Source: Candidatus Micrarchaeota archaeon (GTDB lineage: Archaea; Micrarchaeota; Micrarchaeia; Norongarragalinales; Norongarragalinaceae). From it: a stretch of 40,579 bases of DNA. Shown here piece by piece: positions 1 through 8,693 of the stretch. Within the stretch, counting starts at the first letter, position 1, and each line of letters starts with the position of its first letter. The DNA is taken from NCBI GenBank assembly GCA_016207165.1, contig JACQQD010000006.1, forward strand, positions 1-40,579. Reading direction: 5' to 3'. The notes beneath the pieces were generated by a model. That model made no database searches and was not told the origin of the DNA. It saw only the letters and a program-made list of their open reading frames with translations. Both the position numbers and the translations under genes were made by a program.

Positions 1-288
1 AAAGGAACGGCGGACCTGGTGTGCGCGCACAAGGCCGATCAATTGTACCCCGTGGTTTCGGCGGCATCCATTTTAGCGAAAGTCACCCGCGACGAAAAGC
101 TGCAAGAAATCAAGGAATTGGTGGGCGAGGACTTTGGTTCAGGCTACAGCCACGACGAGAAAACCATTTCTTTTTTGAAGAGGCACTGGAAAGACAAAAC
201 CCATCCCATCCATGGATTTGTGCGCAGCCAATGGGCGACGGCCAAGAACCTGTCAGTCAGCCAGTTCAAGTTGGACGAATTCGTGTAA
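1..288 (+). CDS. rnhB: Ribonuclease HII, C-terminal part (5' truncated by window edge)
   Basis: HKAD..YPVVSAASILAKVTRD and DFGSGY motifs; C-terminal PIP-box-like QFKLDEFV; the frame is open from base 1. Confidence 0.93.
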   Translation, partial: KGTADLVCAHKADQLYPVVSAASILAKVTRDEKLQEIKELVGEDFGSGYSHDEKTISFLKRHWKDKTHPIHGFVRSQWATAKNLSVSQFKLDEFV

Positions 289-342
289 AAAGAGAAAAAC
301 GAAAAAAAGAGGGAATAGGGGCAAACGCCCCAAAATTCAAAA

Positions 343-1041
343 TCAAATGACGCGTTCCAGCGTCTTTTGCTTCTTCTTGGCTACAGCGGCAATGGTGTCT
401 TTGGTGCCCAAGCCGATGGCAATGGCCAATCCCAGGCCCAGCGCCAAGGCAGCGGCGCCAATCACCAAAAAGAACGTGGTCTTGAGGATGTCCACGTCCG
501 CGTTGGGAAGCACCAGCGGGAAGGCAATGACTAACGCCGTGTAGACGATGAACGCCTCCAACCCCAAGCCCACCAGCTTGGCAAACGGAGTCTTGGATGC
601 CTTGACGCGGTCGGTGATGTAGTCCCCGGCCAAAAGCGCCAACACCAAAACCGTCACGCCCTGGATTAACAAAGGCACGTAGCCGACAAACCAGCTGACG
701 AGGTTTTCCAAGAAAGCCAGTTGTACGACGTTGGCGGCCACGCCCAAGAAGACGGCGTACGTAATCAACTTGACGAAACTGCTTAAAATGCCTGTAACGG
801 TAAAGCCAAGCAACGCGTCATGGACGCCCCGTTTTTCAAGTTTGTGTTCAAGCTGGATGCCTTCCAGAAACGCGTGCAAGACGCGCACCAGGATGCGTCC
901 AACAATCCACCCTAAAACCAAGAAGAACAGGACGACGATAATGCTTGCCAGTCCGACCACGAAATCCTTTGCCACGGTGGAAACGGCTTGGGACAAGTTC
1001 GAAGCCAACAAACTCAACGATTCACTGATTAGGTCAGCCAT
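343..1041 (-). CDS. Multi-TM protein, MscS/CmpX conserved-TM-helix type
   Basis: Repeated hydrophobic helices (FFLVLGWIVGRIL...; YVPLLIQGVTVLVLALLAGD); C-terminal ALGLGLAIAIGLGTKD; ATG 1041 has a GGGTGA RBS. Confidence 0.7.
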   Translation of the reverse strand: MADLISESLSLLASNLSQAVSTVAKDFVVGLASIIVVLFFLVLGWIVGRILVRVLHAFLEGIQLEHKLEKRGVHDALLGFTVTGILSSFVKLITYAVFLGVAANVVQLAFLENLVSWFVGYVPLLIQGVTVLVLALLAGDYITDRVKASKTPFAKLVGLGLEAFIVYTALVIAFPLVLPNADVDILKTTFFLVIGAAALALGLGLAIAIGLGTKDTIAAVAKKKQKTLERVI

Positions 1042-1202
1042 ACTTACTGAATCACCCGCAAACATAACGACATTAGCTTTTTAAAGGCTTCGAAAGGATT
1101 CGTTTTTTGACGAAGCCCCTTTCGTCCCGCTTTTCGGGCATAGATTTAAAACGACTTCTTTCCACAATGCGTTTTCTTCAATCTTGAGTTGGTTTCCTCA
1201 AT

Positions 1203-1598
1203 ATGGTTCAGTACCACAAGCGTTCCAAATCCAAGTCCTCCGGCTCCGGCGGGCGCCGCCGGTCGGCGGCCGACAAGCGCAAAGCGCATTGGGGCGGATT
1301 TTTCGCCCATGCCAAGCTGGGCGCCCAGCACGTCGTCAATGCGTTCCGCACGCGCGGCGGCCAAAAAAAAGCGGCCGTCCACCACGCGCTGTACGCCAAC
1401 GTCTCGGACGGCAAAAACGTGCAGAAAACCAAGATTTTGACGGTCAAGGATTCCCCGGACAACCGCCATTTTGCTCGAGAGAACGTGGTGACGCGGGGTG
1501 CCCTCGTCGAGACGGAATTGGGCTTGGCGAAAGTCACCAGCCGCCCGGGCCAGCATGGCGTGGTCAATGCCGTGCTCCAGGGCAAACCGAAAGCTTAA
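1203..1598 (+). CDS. rps8e: 30S ribosomal protein S8e
   Basis: RSKSKSSGSGGR, RTRGG, NRHFARENVVTRGALVETELGLAKVTSRPGQHGVVNAVL. Confidence 0.96.
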   Translation: MVQYHKRSKSKSSGSGGRRRSAADKRKAHWGGFFAHAKLGAQHVVNAFRTRGGQKKAAVHHALYANVSDGKNVQKTKILTVKDSPDNRHFARENVVTRGALVETELGLAKVTSRPGQHGVVNAVLQGKPKA

Positions 1599-1621
1599 TA
1601 ACCCAAGACCATTAGCTTTTA

Positions 1622-1629
1622 TTTATAAA
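1622..1629 (+). promoter_or_regulatory. TATA box of probable gar1-tfb transcript (leaderless)
   Basis: TTTATAAA about 25 nt upstream of ATG 1655. Confidence 0.55.
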
Positions 1630-1654
1630 CTTTTCGTTCCAGCGACTTTGTTGT

Positions 1655-1870
1655 ATGGCGTCCTTTCTTGTGGTGCGATTGACCAAAAACGGGTTTGCAT
1701 TGCTTGAGTCCGATGACGGCCTCCCGATCAAGTCGCGTCTGACGTTGTACCGGGGCAACCAGCCGGCCGCCGTGGTGGTAGACACCTTGGCATCGGTTGA
1801 GAAGCCCTTGTACTTGGCGGAACCCCGCGTTCCGCTTCTGGTGGGCGCCGTGCTGGAGTCCAAAAGGTGA
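1655..1870 (+). CDS. gar1: H/ACA RNP protein Gar1/Naf1 family
   Basis: 71 aa, beta-rich, with VVVDTLASVEKPLY (compare Gar1 VxDxxGPVxxPY); immediately upstream of tfb, a known archaeal linkage. Confidence 0.7.
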   Translation: MASFLVVRLTKNGFALLESDDGLPIKSRLTLYRGNQPAAVVVDTLASVEKPLYLAEPRVPLLVGAVLESKR

Positions 1871-1879
1871 AACGGTTTC

Positions 1880-2785
1880 ATGAACGTAAAATGTCCGGAT
1901 TGTGGCAGCGAGAACTTGCGTAAAAGCGCGGTCCGCGGCGAAATTGTCTGCAAACAATGTGGTTTGGTCGTTGAAGAGGACCTCATCCAGGAGGGGCCTG
2001 AGTGGCGGGCCTTTGACGCGGAACAGCGCAATTCGCGCGCCCGGGCAGGAGCGCCGCTCAAGTACATGTCGCCGAACAAGGGTTTGGTCACGGAAATCGA
2101 CCAGTACAACCGGGACGTGCGCGGCGGCAAGATCGCTCCCTCTCAACAGGCTCAATTGTACCGCATGCGCAAGTGGCACAAGCGGGCGTCCATCTCCAAC
2201 AGCATCGAGCGGAACCTCGCCATTGCGTTGACGGAACTTAACCGGGTCGCGTCGCATTTGGGTTTGCAGGAAAGCATCCGCGAGTCCGCGGCGCTTTTGT
2301 ACCGCAAATGCGTGGAAAAGGGCCTCATTCGCGGCCGCCAAATCGAGTCGGTGGTGTCCGCTGTCATTTACGCCATCTGCCGCCAGTACGGCATTCCCCG
2401 CACGTTGGATGAGATTTCTTCCGTCGCCGAGATTCCCAAGAAGGAAATCGGGCGGACGTATCGGCTGATCACCCAGGAATTGGGCATCAAGGTGCCGTTG
2501 ACGAATCCCCAGTTCTACATTACGCGTTTCGTCACGGCGTTGAAATTGTCAGGCGAAACGCAGAAGAAGGCCGTCGAAATTCTGGAGCAGGCCATGCAGA
2601 AAGGCCTCATTTCTGGACGCGGGCCCATGGGCGTGGCGGCGGCGGCGGTGTACATTGCTTCGGTTCTCACCGACGAGCGGCGCACGCAGAAGGAAGTGGC
2701 GGACGTGGCCGGAGTCACGGAAGTCACGATTCGGAACCGGTACCGTGAATTGAAGAACGCGTTGGATTTGAAGGTTAGCATTTGA
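1880..2785 (+). CDS. tfb: Transcription initiation factor IIB
   Basis: Zn ribbon CPDC..CKQCG, GPEWRAF B-finger, two cyclin repeats, VTEVTIRNRYREL. Confidence 0.98.
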   Translation: MNVKCPDCGSENLRKSAVRGEIVCKQCGLVVEEDLIQEGPEWRAFDAEQRNSRARAGAPLKYMSPNKGLVTEIDQYNRDVRGGKIAPSQQAQLYRMRKWHKRASISNSIERNLAIALTELNRVASHLGLQESIRESAALLYRKCVEKGLIRGRQIESVVSAVIYAICRQYGIPRTLDEISSVAEIPKKEIGRTYRLITQELGIKVPLTNPQFYITRFVTALKLSGETQKKAVEILEQAMQKGLISGRGPMGVAAAAVYIASVLTDERRTQKEVADVAGVTEVTIRNRYRELKNALDLKVSI

Positions 2786-2897
2786 TTCGCGCACTCAACC
2801 GGGGGTGGGCCGACCAGTGAGGGGGCGGAGCCCCCTGGGTGGTCAATCGGTACCGTGAATTGAAGAACGCGTTGGACTTGAAAGTCAGCATTTGATT
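2735..2897 (+). repeat. 53-bp direct repeat (2735-2787 and 2845-2897) duplicating the tfb 3' end
   Basis: 49/53 identical; the four differences are all synonymous third positions (AAC/AAT, GAT/GAC, AAG/AAA, GTT/GTC). Confidence 0.92.
2812..2844. other. GC-rich hairpin between the tfb repeat copies
   Basis: AGGGGGC-GGA-GCCCCCT (2820-2836) enclosed by GACCA...TGGTC. Confidence 0.75.
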
Positions 2898-2903
2898 TTT
2901 TTT
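2896..2903 (+). terminator. Oligo-T terminator after second copy of the tfb end
   Basis: T8 run directly after the TGA of copy 2. Confidence 0.5.
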
Positions 2904-2935
2904 GGGCGTGATTCAAGGCCCGCATTTTTTATTCT

Positions 2936-3481
2936 ATGTTTGGGTTAGTCCTTGGCATGCGTCCTTTGTTCTTGGCTGTGTTGCTGGTTTTCCTGATTCT
3001 TTTTTTCGGGTTTGCCTTGAATTTCCGCATCGTGCAAAAACCGGTCAGCGACTGTACTCAGGACGGAGGATTCGGTTTGGTCAGTGCCTTGGGGGATTCA
3101 TGGCCGCTTGAATCCGGATTCATCGCGAAGGAAATCGGGTACGGGTTGCGCGAGCCGGTTTTTTACTCGATTGCTTACGATTTTTTTATGCATGAAAATC
3201 GAACCATTGATGCGTCGCGCGTGGTTGACGCATTGGCTTTGTACCGAGGTAATTCCATCCCGCCGGAACGCATCCGTTTTGCCTGCGGCGGGCCGGAATG
3301 CTCGGCCAACTACGTGTTGAATGAGAGCGGTTTTTCTCCGCGTTGCCTGTTGGAAAACTACTTCGTGGTGTGCGGGGCGAACGTGTCTGCCGGTGGCATG
3401 GCGTGCGTGGGCTTGTCGTCGGACCGGGATGAGGCCAAGAACGCGTGTCTGGATGCGTGCGGCTTGGCTGGACGGGTTTGA
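2936..3481 (+). CDS. Hypothetical membrane-anchored/secreted protein
   Basis: N-terminal hydrophobic helix, several Cys in the C-terminal region; no family recognised. Confidence 0.6.
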   Translation: MFGLVLGMRPLFLAVLLVFLILFFGFALNFRIVQKPVSDCTQDGGFGLVSALGDSWPLESGFIAKEIGYGLREPVFYSIAYDFFMHENRTIDASRVVDALALYRGNSIPPERIRFACGGPECSANYVLNESGFSPRCLLENYFVVCGANVSAGGMACVGLSSDRDEAKNACLDACGLAGRV

Positions 3482-3666
3482 TTTCGTCAACCGTCGCTTT
3501 GGATTTTGTTTTTAAACGTCGGCCGGAAGATTTGTTTCATGAGCGACCCGAAAAAGACCAAGGAGGCCAAAGGCAAGTCGGTGGAAAAGCCGGTGCGTTG
3601 CGTGGACTGCGGGTGCCTGGTGTGCCGGTGCAAGCCGTCGTGTTGCGGCGGCGGTTGCGGCTGTTT

Positions 3667-4293
3667 TTAGGGTTGAACGAATTGTTTCAAGAACCAAATC
3701 AAGTGCTTTCTAGCCATTTCGCCTTTCTGTCGCGCTTTGGCCAGTTGGCTTGGCGTCAACGTGATGTCACGAACGGGTTGCCTTGGAGCAGTTCGGGCCA
3801 AGCCGAGTATTTTGGCCAGAAACTCTCCGAAGCGGTCTCTTCGTTGGAATTCCCAGGTTTTTTTCAGTAATTCTTTTCGGCGCTCTTCGGATGCCACCGG
3901 AAACCAGTCTTCGCCTTTGTCTTGGACGTGTTGTTGAAGCTGTCGCAGAAGATTGTCGAACTCGTTTTTTTCGGCGCGGCTCAGGGTTTCTGGCTTGTCG
4001 TCGGTCCGCCGCGCCCAGAACTTGTCTTCGTGGACGAGGTGTTTTCCTCGAAAAACGCGGCGGTAGGTGGGCTGGTTTTCATGGAGGGCGCGGAAAACCA
4101 GGTGTTCGGCTCCATCCTCATCCTTGAAGTAGGTTACCGCCACCCCGCGGTGTTCGTCGGGCGCCCAGTGCACCAACGTGCCCAATTCCGGGTGCAGGTG
4201 CTGTAATTCAACAGGAAAAAAGTGGCCTTGGACGGCGGGAAGCGGGTATTGTTCCGTTTGGCGGATTGCCTCAATGATTTTTCTAAAGGGCAT
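3667..4293 (-). CDS. Hypothetical protein
   Basis: 208-aa ORF with natural composition and an AT-rich upstream region; no family recognised. Confidence 0.6.
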   Translation of the reverse strand: MPFRKIIEAIRQTEQYPLPAVQGHFFPVELQHLHPELGTLVHWAPDEHRGVAVTYFKDEDGAEHLVFRALHENQPTYRRVFRGKHLVHEDKFWARRTDDKPETLSRAEKNEFDNLLRQLQQHVQDKGEDWFPVASEERRKELLKKTWEFQRRDRFGEFLAKILGLARTAPRQPVRDITLTPSQLAKARQKGEMARKHLIWFLKQFVQP

Positions 4294-4350
4294 GGCGATT
4301 GTTTTTTTCCGCGCACGTAACTTATACTTGTGGGTCTAATTTTTTTCTGT

Positions 4351-4647
4351 ATGAAGGCCTACTTGGTGATTTCAGGCAACGTTCAGGGCGTGGGCTACCG
4401 GTTTTTCGTGAAGTCCAAGGCCGACGAGCTGGGCGTGAACGGGTTTGTGCGGAATCGGAAGGACGGGGCCGTGGACGTTTTTGGGTTGTTTAAGGACGAA
4501 GAGCACTTGCGGTCGTTTCTGAAGGCGATTTTCCGGACGAGTTCCAGCGATTTCGGCTTGCACGTGCGGGGAATCAAGATTCACCGGGAAGACGAATCGG
4601 GTTTCCTGGACTTCGGTGGCTTTGCGGATTTCCAACTCCGTTTATGA
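4351..4647 (+). CDS. acyP: Acylphosphatase
   Basis: ISGNVQGVGYR and GFVRNRKDGAV signatures; ATG at 4351. Confidence 0.93.
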   Translation: MKAYLVISGNVQGVGYRFFVKSKADELGVNGFVRNRKDGAVDVFGLFKDEEHLRSFLKAIFRTSSSDFGLHVRGIKIHREDESGFLDFGGFADFQLRL

Positions 4648-4696
4648 ATCCTTTAAGTAGGTTCGATTCGTTGGGTGTTTTGAGGGTGGTTGGTTT

Positions 4697-5038
4697 ATGA
4701 AGAAATCCAAGTCCGGTAAGATGGCGGAAGCCATGGCGTGCGAAGATTGCCAGCGTGATCCCTGTTGTTGTGAGAACGAATGCGAGTGCGGGCATGGTGG
4801 AGAGTCGTGTTGTGATTCTTGTGGGACGTGCGGTTCGGGTTGCGGGCCCATGCATGCGGGATGGGGTTTTTGGGAGTTCAAACTCAAGTTTTTGGCGGTT
4901 GGGTTGATTGGGTTGGGTGTATTGTGGTATTTGCGGAATGCGGGCGTGATTCCGGGTGACTTGTTTTGGCCTGTTGTGTTCGTTTTGGGCGGCTTGGCGT
5001 TGTTGGCCAAGTCTTACATGATGCGCCGTAGCTGGTGA
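4697..5038 (+). CDS. Small membrane protein with Cys-rich N-terminus and two TM helices
   Basis: CEDC..CCC..CEC..CCDSCGTC..C followed by LIGLGVLWYL..FWPVVFVLGGL (LiaF/DUF5668-like TM pair). Confidence 0.7.
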   Translation: MKKSKSGKMAEAMACEDCQRDPCCCENECECGHGGESCCDSCGTCGSGCGPMHAGWGFWEFKLKFLAVGLIGLGVLWYLRNAGVIPGDLFWPVVFVLGGLALLAKSYMMRRSW

Positions 5039-6060
5039 ATGTTTGCATCGGTTTTCAGGCCCGTGGGCGCGTAGTGCGTCCGCGTGGCCTTGAACTTTTT
5101 CTTTCTTAATTTTTCAATCAGGGCGTCCATTTTGGGCGCCGGTTTTCCTACGTGGTGCACGTCGTAAAAGTACGGCGGACGGCCTTGCTCGTTTTCCAAG
5201 ACTTCAAGCAGGTGCTTCGTTTTTTCGTCGGGCGCGTTTTGCTTCATGGCGTTTAGGATGCGGACGTCGTTGACGTCGGAGACCCAAAGCGGGCCGGCGA
5301 CTTGGACGTTTTTGCATTTCAGGGGTTTCGTGTCGCGGGCCAAGGTTTCGGGGTCGAAATGGACGTGGCCGATGTGTGTGAGGCTTTCATCGGCTTTCTG
5401 CGCGCTTTTTTCGACCAACACCATGATTTTGGCGAAGTGGTCTTGGTAGAACGAAAAAAGCGGCGTGATGCCGGCGTCCTGCATGGCGGCTTGACGCGCG
5501 ACAAACCCCAGGATGATACGCAGTGCCAATTCGTGGGCAAAGTCCACGTAAAGCGGCGCCGCGTCGTACCGGCGTTGGGCCGGCTGGTTTTTTCTCCCGC
5601 ACAGCGTCGCCAAGTCGGTGGCCGTCACGCTTAGAATCGCTTTTTTGTGGCACGCGCGCAACGCGTTTTGGATGAAGGGGGCCGGAGTTCCAAAGGGATC
5701 CACTTCCACGACGTCAAAGGGCTTGGTCTGCGTGCAGAAGTGGTTGAATTCGTCGCACGCAAATTCGGCGTTCTGGACATGGTTTTGTTCCGCGTTTTTT
5801 CGGGCCAGTTCCAACGCCCTGGGATTGGCGTCCAAAAACGTGATGGCGTCCAACGGGTTTTCCAGTGCGTAGCGGATGCCGCGGATGCCAGTGGCGCAGA
5901 AACCGTCCAGAACGTGCCTTGATTTCAGGTGCGGCAGGGCCGCGCCCAAGGCGAGACTGGAGAGCGTCCGGTTGAACGCCATGCGAGGGTTGTAGAACAC
6001 AGATTCGTCGTCGGGGACGAGAATTTTCGCTCCGGCTTCCCGGATTTCCTTAAGTTTCAT
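5014..6060 (-). CDS. trm1: tRNA (guanine26-N2)-dimethyltransferase
   Basis: VFYNPRMAFNR, LDGFCATGIRGIRY, DPFGTP, VTATD, GPLW, RTHYAPTGLKTDA. Confidence 0.96.
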   Translation of the reverse strand: MKLKEIREAGAKILVPDDESVFYNPRMAFNRTLSSLALGAALPHLKSRHVLDGFCATGIRGIRYALENPLDAITFLDANPRALELARKNAEQNHVQNAEFACDEFNHFCTQTKPFDVVEVDPFGTPAPFIQNALRACHKKAILSVTATDLATLCGRKNQPAQRRYDAAPLYVDFAHELALRIILGFVARQAAMQDAGITPLFSFYQDHFAKIMVLVEKSAQKADESLTHIGHVHFDPETLARDTKPLKCKNVQVAGPLWVSDVNDVRILNAMKQNAPDEKTKHLLEVLENEQGRPPYFYDVHHVGKPAPKMDALIEKLRKKKFKATRTHYAPTGLKTDANIHQLRRIM

Positions 6061-6105
6061 GAATAGGGGTTCAGGAGGTTTCGGGTGTTAAATCAGTTTG
6101 CGTTT

Positions 6106-6366
6106 TTAGGCGACGGAGACGTTGGTGCCAACGCTTTGGCCCGGCAGGCCTTTTTCGAATTGGGCGACCACTCGGCCTTTTCCGCCGTGAAGCCGCGTGA
6201 TTTTGCCTTTGATGGACTTTGGGGTTTTGCCGGGCGACTTCCATTCGACGTTTTTGCCCAAGAGTTTTTCCGCGTCTTTGCGGTCCTTGGCGCCCGCGTC
6301 CAGGATGTATTGGTAGTCGTAGACGGTGTGGCGTCCGCGGCGTGGGCTCACGATTTTTGCGTTCAT
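6106..6366 (-). CDS. rpl35ae: 50S ribosomal protein L35Ae
   Basis: LLGKNVEWKSPG..IKGKITRLHGGKGRVVAQFEKGLPGQ; GAGGT RBS. Confidence 0.93.
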   Translation of the reverse strand: MNAKIVSPRRGRHTVYDYQYILDAGAKDRKDAEKLLGKNVEWKSPGKTPKSIKGKITRLHGGKGRVVAQFEKGLPGQSVGTNVSVA

Positions 6367-6436
6367 GAAAATGACCTCTAAAAGTCGGGATTCTATCGTG
6401 GAAAGTCGGCTTTATAAATAATGGGCTTTGGTGGTA

Positions 6437-7804
6437 ATGCGGATGATTGGTCAAGTCGTGTACAAGAGTTTTTCGACGAATCCGGACTACTTTGTGCTGT
6501 GTGAGAAAGGAGTGGTGCGGGTCGTCCAGCGCGAGACGACGTCGGACCACGAAATCGGGGAGTTCGTTCAACTGCATGGCGCCTTGAAGAGAAACGTATT
6601 GTATGCGTCGTCCGTGGAATTGCTTTCCGATGAAAAAGAGCGGGAGGCGCAAAAAGAGGCGGCCGTTTGGACGGAGGCGCTTTTGATTGGAAGGGATTTT
6701 GACGCCTTGGTGGAGGCCCCGGCGCTGGAAAAAATGAAGCCCGTTTTCAGGCAGGCGGCCGAAGCGCTTGAGCGGGCCGTCATTGGCATGCAGCCCATTT
6801 TGGTGCGGTTTGACGAGGATGCCGACGGCATCACTTCGGCGTTGTACTTGCAGTCGTTGGTGGAGCACTACATTGAAAAAAGCGGTTTGCCTTACCCGCA
6901 TTCATTTTTCAAGGCGTTTCAGAGCGAAGCCCCCATTTTCGAAAAAAAGCACCTCCAGCACCTGGAAGCGGTGGCCTCGGATTTTGCGCGCGAGCCGCTG
7001 GTGGTTCTGTTGGATCACGGCGGCAACGAGGAGAGTTTTCCGGCGCTTAAGGCGGCCAAGGCGTTGGGGTGGGATTTGATGTTGGTGGACCACCACCCGC
7101 CTTTCCAGGATTCCCTGGCTTTGTTTGACGTGGCGGTGCACCCGGCGCAGCACGGCGGCTCGTCGGCGGAAAATACCGGGCTTTTGATGTACCACGTGGC
7201 CTCGGCGGTGTTTGCCGCCCCCGCGTCTTGGGCGCATTTTGCCATGCAGGGCGACCGAAGCCCTTACGCCCTAAAAAAGTTCTTCAAAGAACCTATTGTC
7301 TTGGATTACGCGTCGCTTCAAAACTGGCCGCTCAAAAAGTACCGTGCGTTGTTGTCGGACAAAAACCAAGTCGACGTGCTTTACCAGCGGTGCCTTCGCT
7401 TGAGAGAGGAGTCCGTCCGGGAGGCCTTCAAGCGACGGAACGTTCAGCTTTTTGGTTCCGTGAACGTGCAGTGGCTGGACATTTCGTACCTGAAATCCGA
7501 TTACCCGCCCAAAGGCGGAGTGGTTCAGGGGCTTCACGAGCACGTGGAGAACGAAGGGCCGCTGGTCACCGTCGGTTTTGACAAGGAACGCGTGATTTTT
7601 CGGGCCAACGCGGGCGCGGAAGAGGCGGGGTTTAAGGCGAATGCCTGGATTTCGGATTTGAAAAAGAGGCCTGGCATTGTTGCGTCGGGCGGCGGACACG
7701 CGCGGGCGGCGTCCATGCGCCTCAAGCCCGGCAAGCTGAACGCGGCGCGGAGCTGGCTGGAAGAGCGGTTCAAAAAAGTTTTCGGTCCCGGAAGTCAAAG
7801 CTAG
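6437..7804 (+). CDS. RecJ-like DHH/DHHA1 phosphoesterase with N-terminal OB-like region
   Basis: DEDADGITS, LLDHG, VDHH and GGGHARAAS motifs; TTTATAAA upstream. Confidence 0.88.
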   Translation: MRMIGQVVYKSFSTNPDYFVLCEKGVVRVVQRETTSDHEIGEFVQLHGALKRNVLYASSVELLSDEKEREAQKEAAVWTEALLIGRDFDALVEAPALEKMKPVFRQAAEALERAVIGMQPILVRFDEDADGITSALYLQSLVEHYIEKSGLPYPHSFFKAFQSEAPIFEKKHLQHLEAVASDFAREPLVVLLDHGGNEESFPALKAAKALGWDLMLVDHHPPFQDSLALFDVAVHPAQHGGSSAENTGLLMYHVASAVFAAPASWAHFAMQGDRSPYALKKFFKEPIVLDYASLQNWPLKKYRALLSDKNQVDVLYQRCLRLREESVREAFKRRNVQLFGSVNVQWLDISYLKSDYPPKGGVVQGLHEHVENEGPLVTVGFDKERVIFRANAGAEEAGFKANAWISDLKKRPGIVASGGGHARAASMRLKPGKLNAARSWLEERFKKVFGPGSQS

Positions 7805-7832
7805 CTTGTCACTTTTCCAAACGATTGTAACC

Positions 7833-8552
7833 TTATTCTTTTTCGAATCCAGGTAACGTTCGGAGGTTGACGATGTCTTCCCGAAAGTGTCGTCCAAGCA
7901 TGCCTTGGGTGGCGTTGCGGATTAATCCGATGGCTTCGTCGTGGCTTTTTGCAGGTATGGAAATGCGGATTAAGTGTTGGTCCATCGCAGGCATTTGTTC
8001 GAAGGGATCGTTTGGCTCGCGTTCTTCGCCTTCTCCTGCAATTCTTACGACTCGTATACCTCCTGGTCGAACTGGAAATTCTTTGACGTGCGTTACGGCG
8101 TCTACGTCGAAGCCAAAAATCTCTTGCAATCTTTTCAAAGCTGTACCAAGCTCCGAATGGTCTTTGAACATTTTTGCTTCAAGTCCAATCAGGACGATGC
8201 CGGAGGAGAGTGCGGGGTATATGGGCACGGCTCCACGCTCCACGTGTCCAAGAAGTTTGGAAATGTCGCCTTCGTTGAGCGCTTCCCGGATTTCTTCGTG
8301 TCTGTGTGGGTTTAGCAACGCGAATTTCAGTAGCGCAAATCTTCCGTCCGACAGGGCGTTCTCTATTCCGCCGTGAGGTCTTGCGTAGATTAAATAGGTG
8401 GGGCCTGTTGGGTTTACGCCCTCGCGCGGAAATCCAAGGGTGAAATCATTTAACTCGACTTTTCCGCCGACTGATTTGATTTTTTTTTCGAATTCAGGCG
8501 GCAATTTTTGTCTATGAACAAAGATGAAACTCTTTTGACTTTCCAAGAACAT
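7833..8552 (-). CDS. Hypothetical protein, lower GC than flanks
   Basis: 239-aa ORF with its own TTAAAA box; visibly AT-richer than neighbours; no family recognised. Confidence 0.6.
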   Translation of the reverse strand: MFLESQKSFIFVHRQKLPPEFEKKIKSVGGKVELNDFTLGFPREGVNPTGPTYLIYARPHGGIENALSDGRFALLKFALLNPHRHEEIREALNEGDISKLLGHVERGAVPIYPALSSGIVLIGLEAKMFKDHSELGTALKRLQEIFGFDVDAVTHVKEFPVRPGGIRVVRIAGEGEEREPNDPFEQMPAMDQHLIRISIPAKSHDEAIGLIRNATQGMLGRHFREDIVNLRTLPGFEKE

Positions 8553-8693
8553 GTTTAACTTCGTTCTTTTGAGGCTTTTTTTAAGTTTCTTTTATCGATT
8601 GGCGTTTCATATTTTGTTCGTCAAGGTCACCGGCCAGCTGGCCTCAAGGCTATTAATGCCGTTTTTTCCCATTTTCTTGCAGGTGAAAAAACC

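Noticed and set aside
2788-2844. Spacer as a BHB intron in tfb
   Set aside because: It lies after the stop codon and no bulge-helix-bulge joining its ends was found
2735-2897. tfb duplication as a DGR template/variable repeat pair
   Set aside because: The differences are not confined to adenines of one copy on either strand, they are all synonymous, and no RT is nearby
3512-3697. 61-aa minus-strand ORF
   Set aside because: Low complexity, overlaps the upstream gene's end, no RBS or motif
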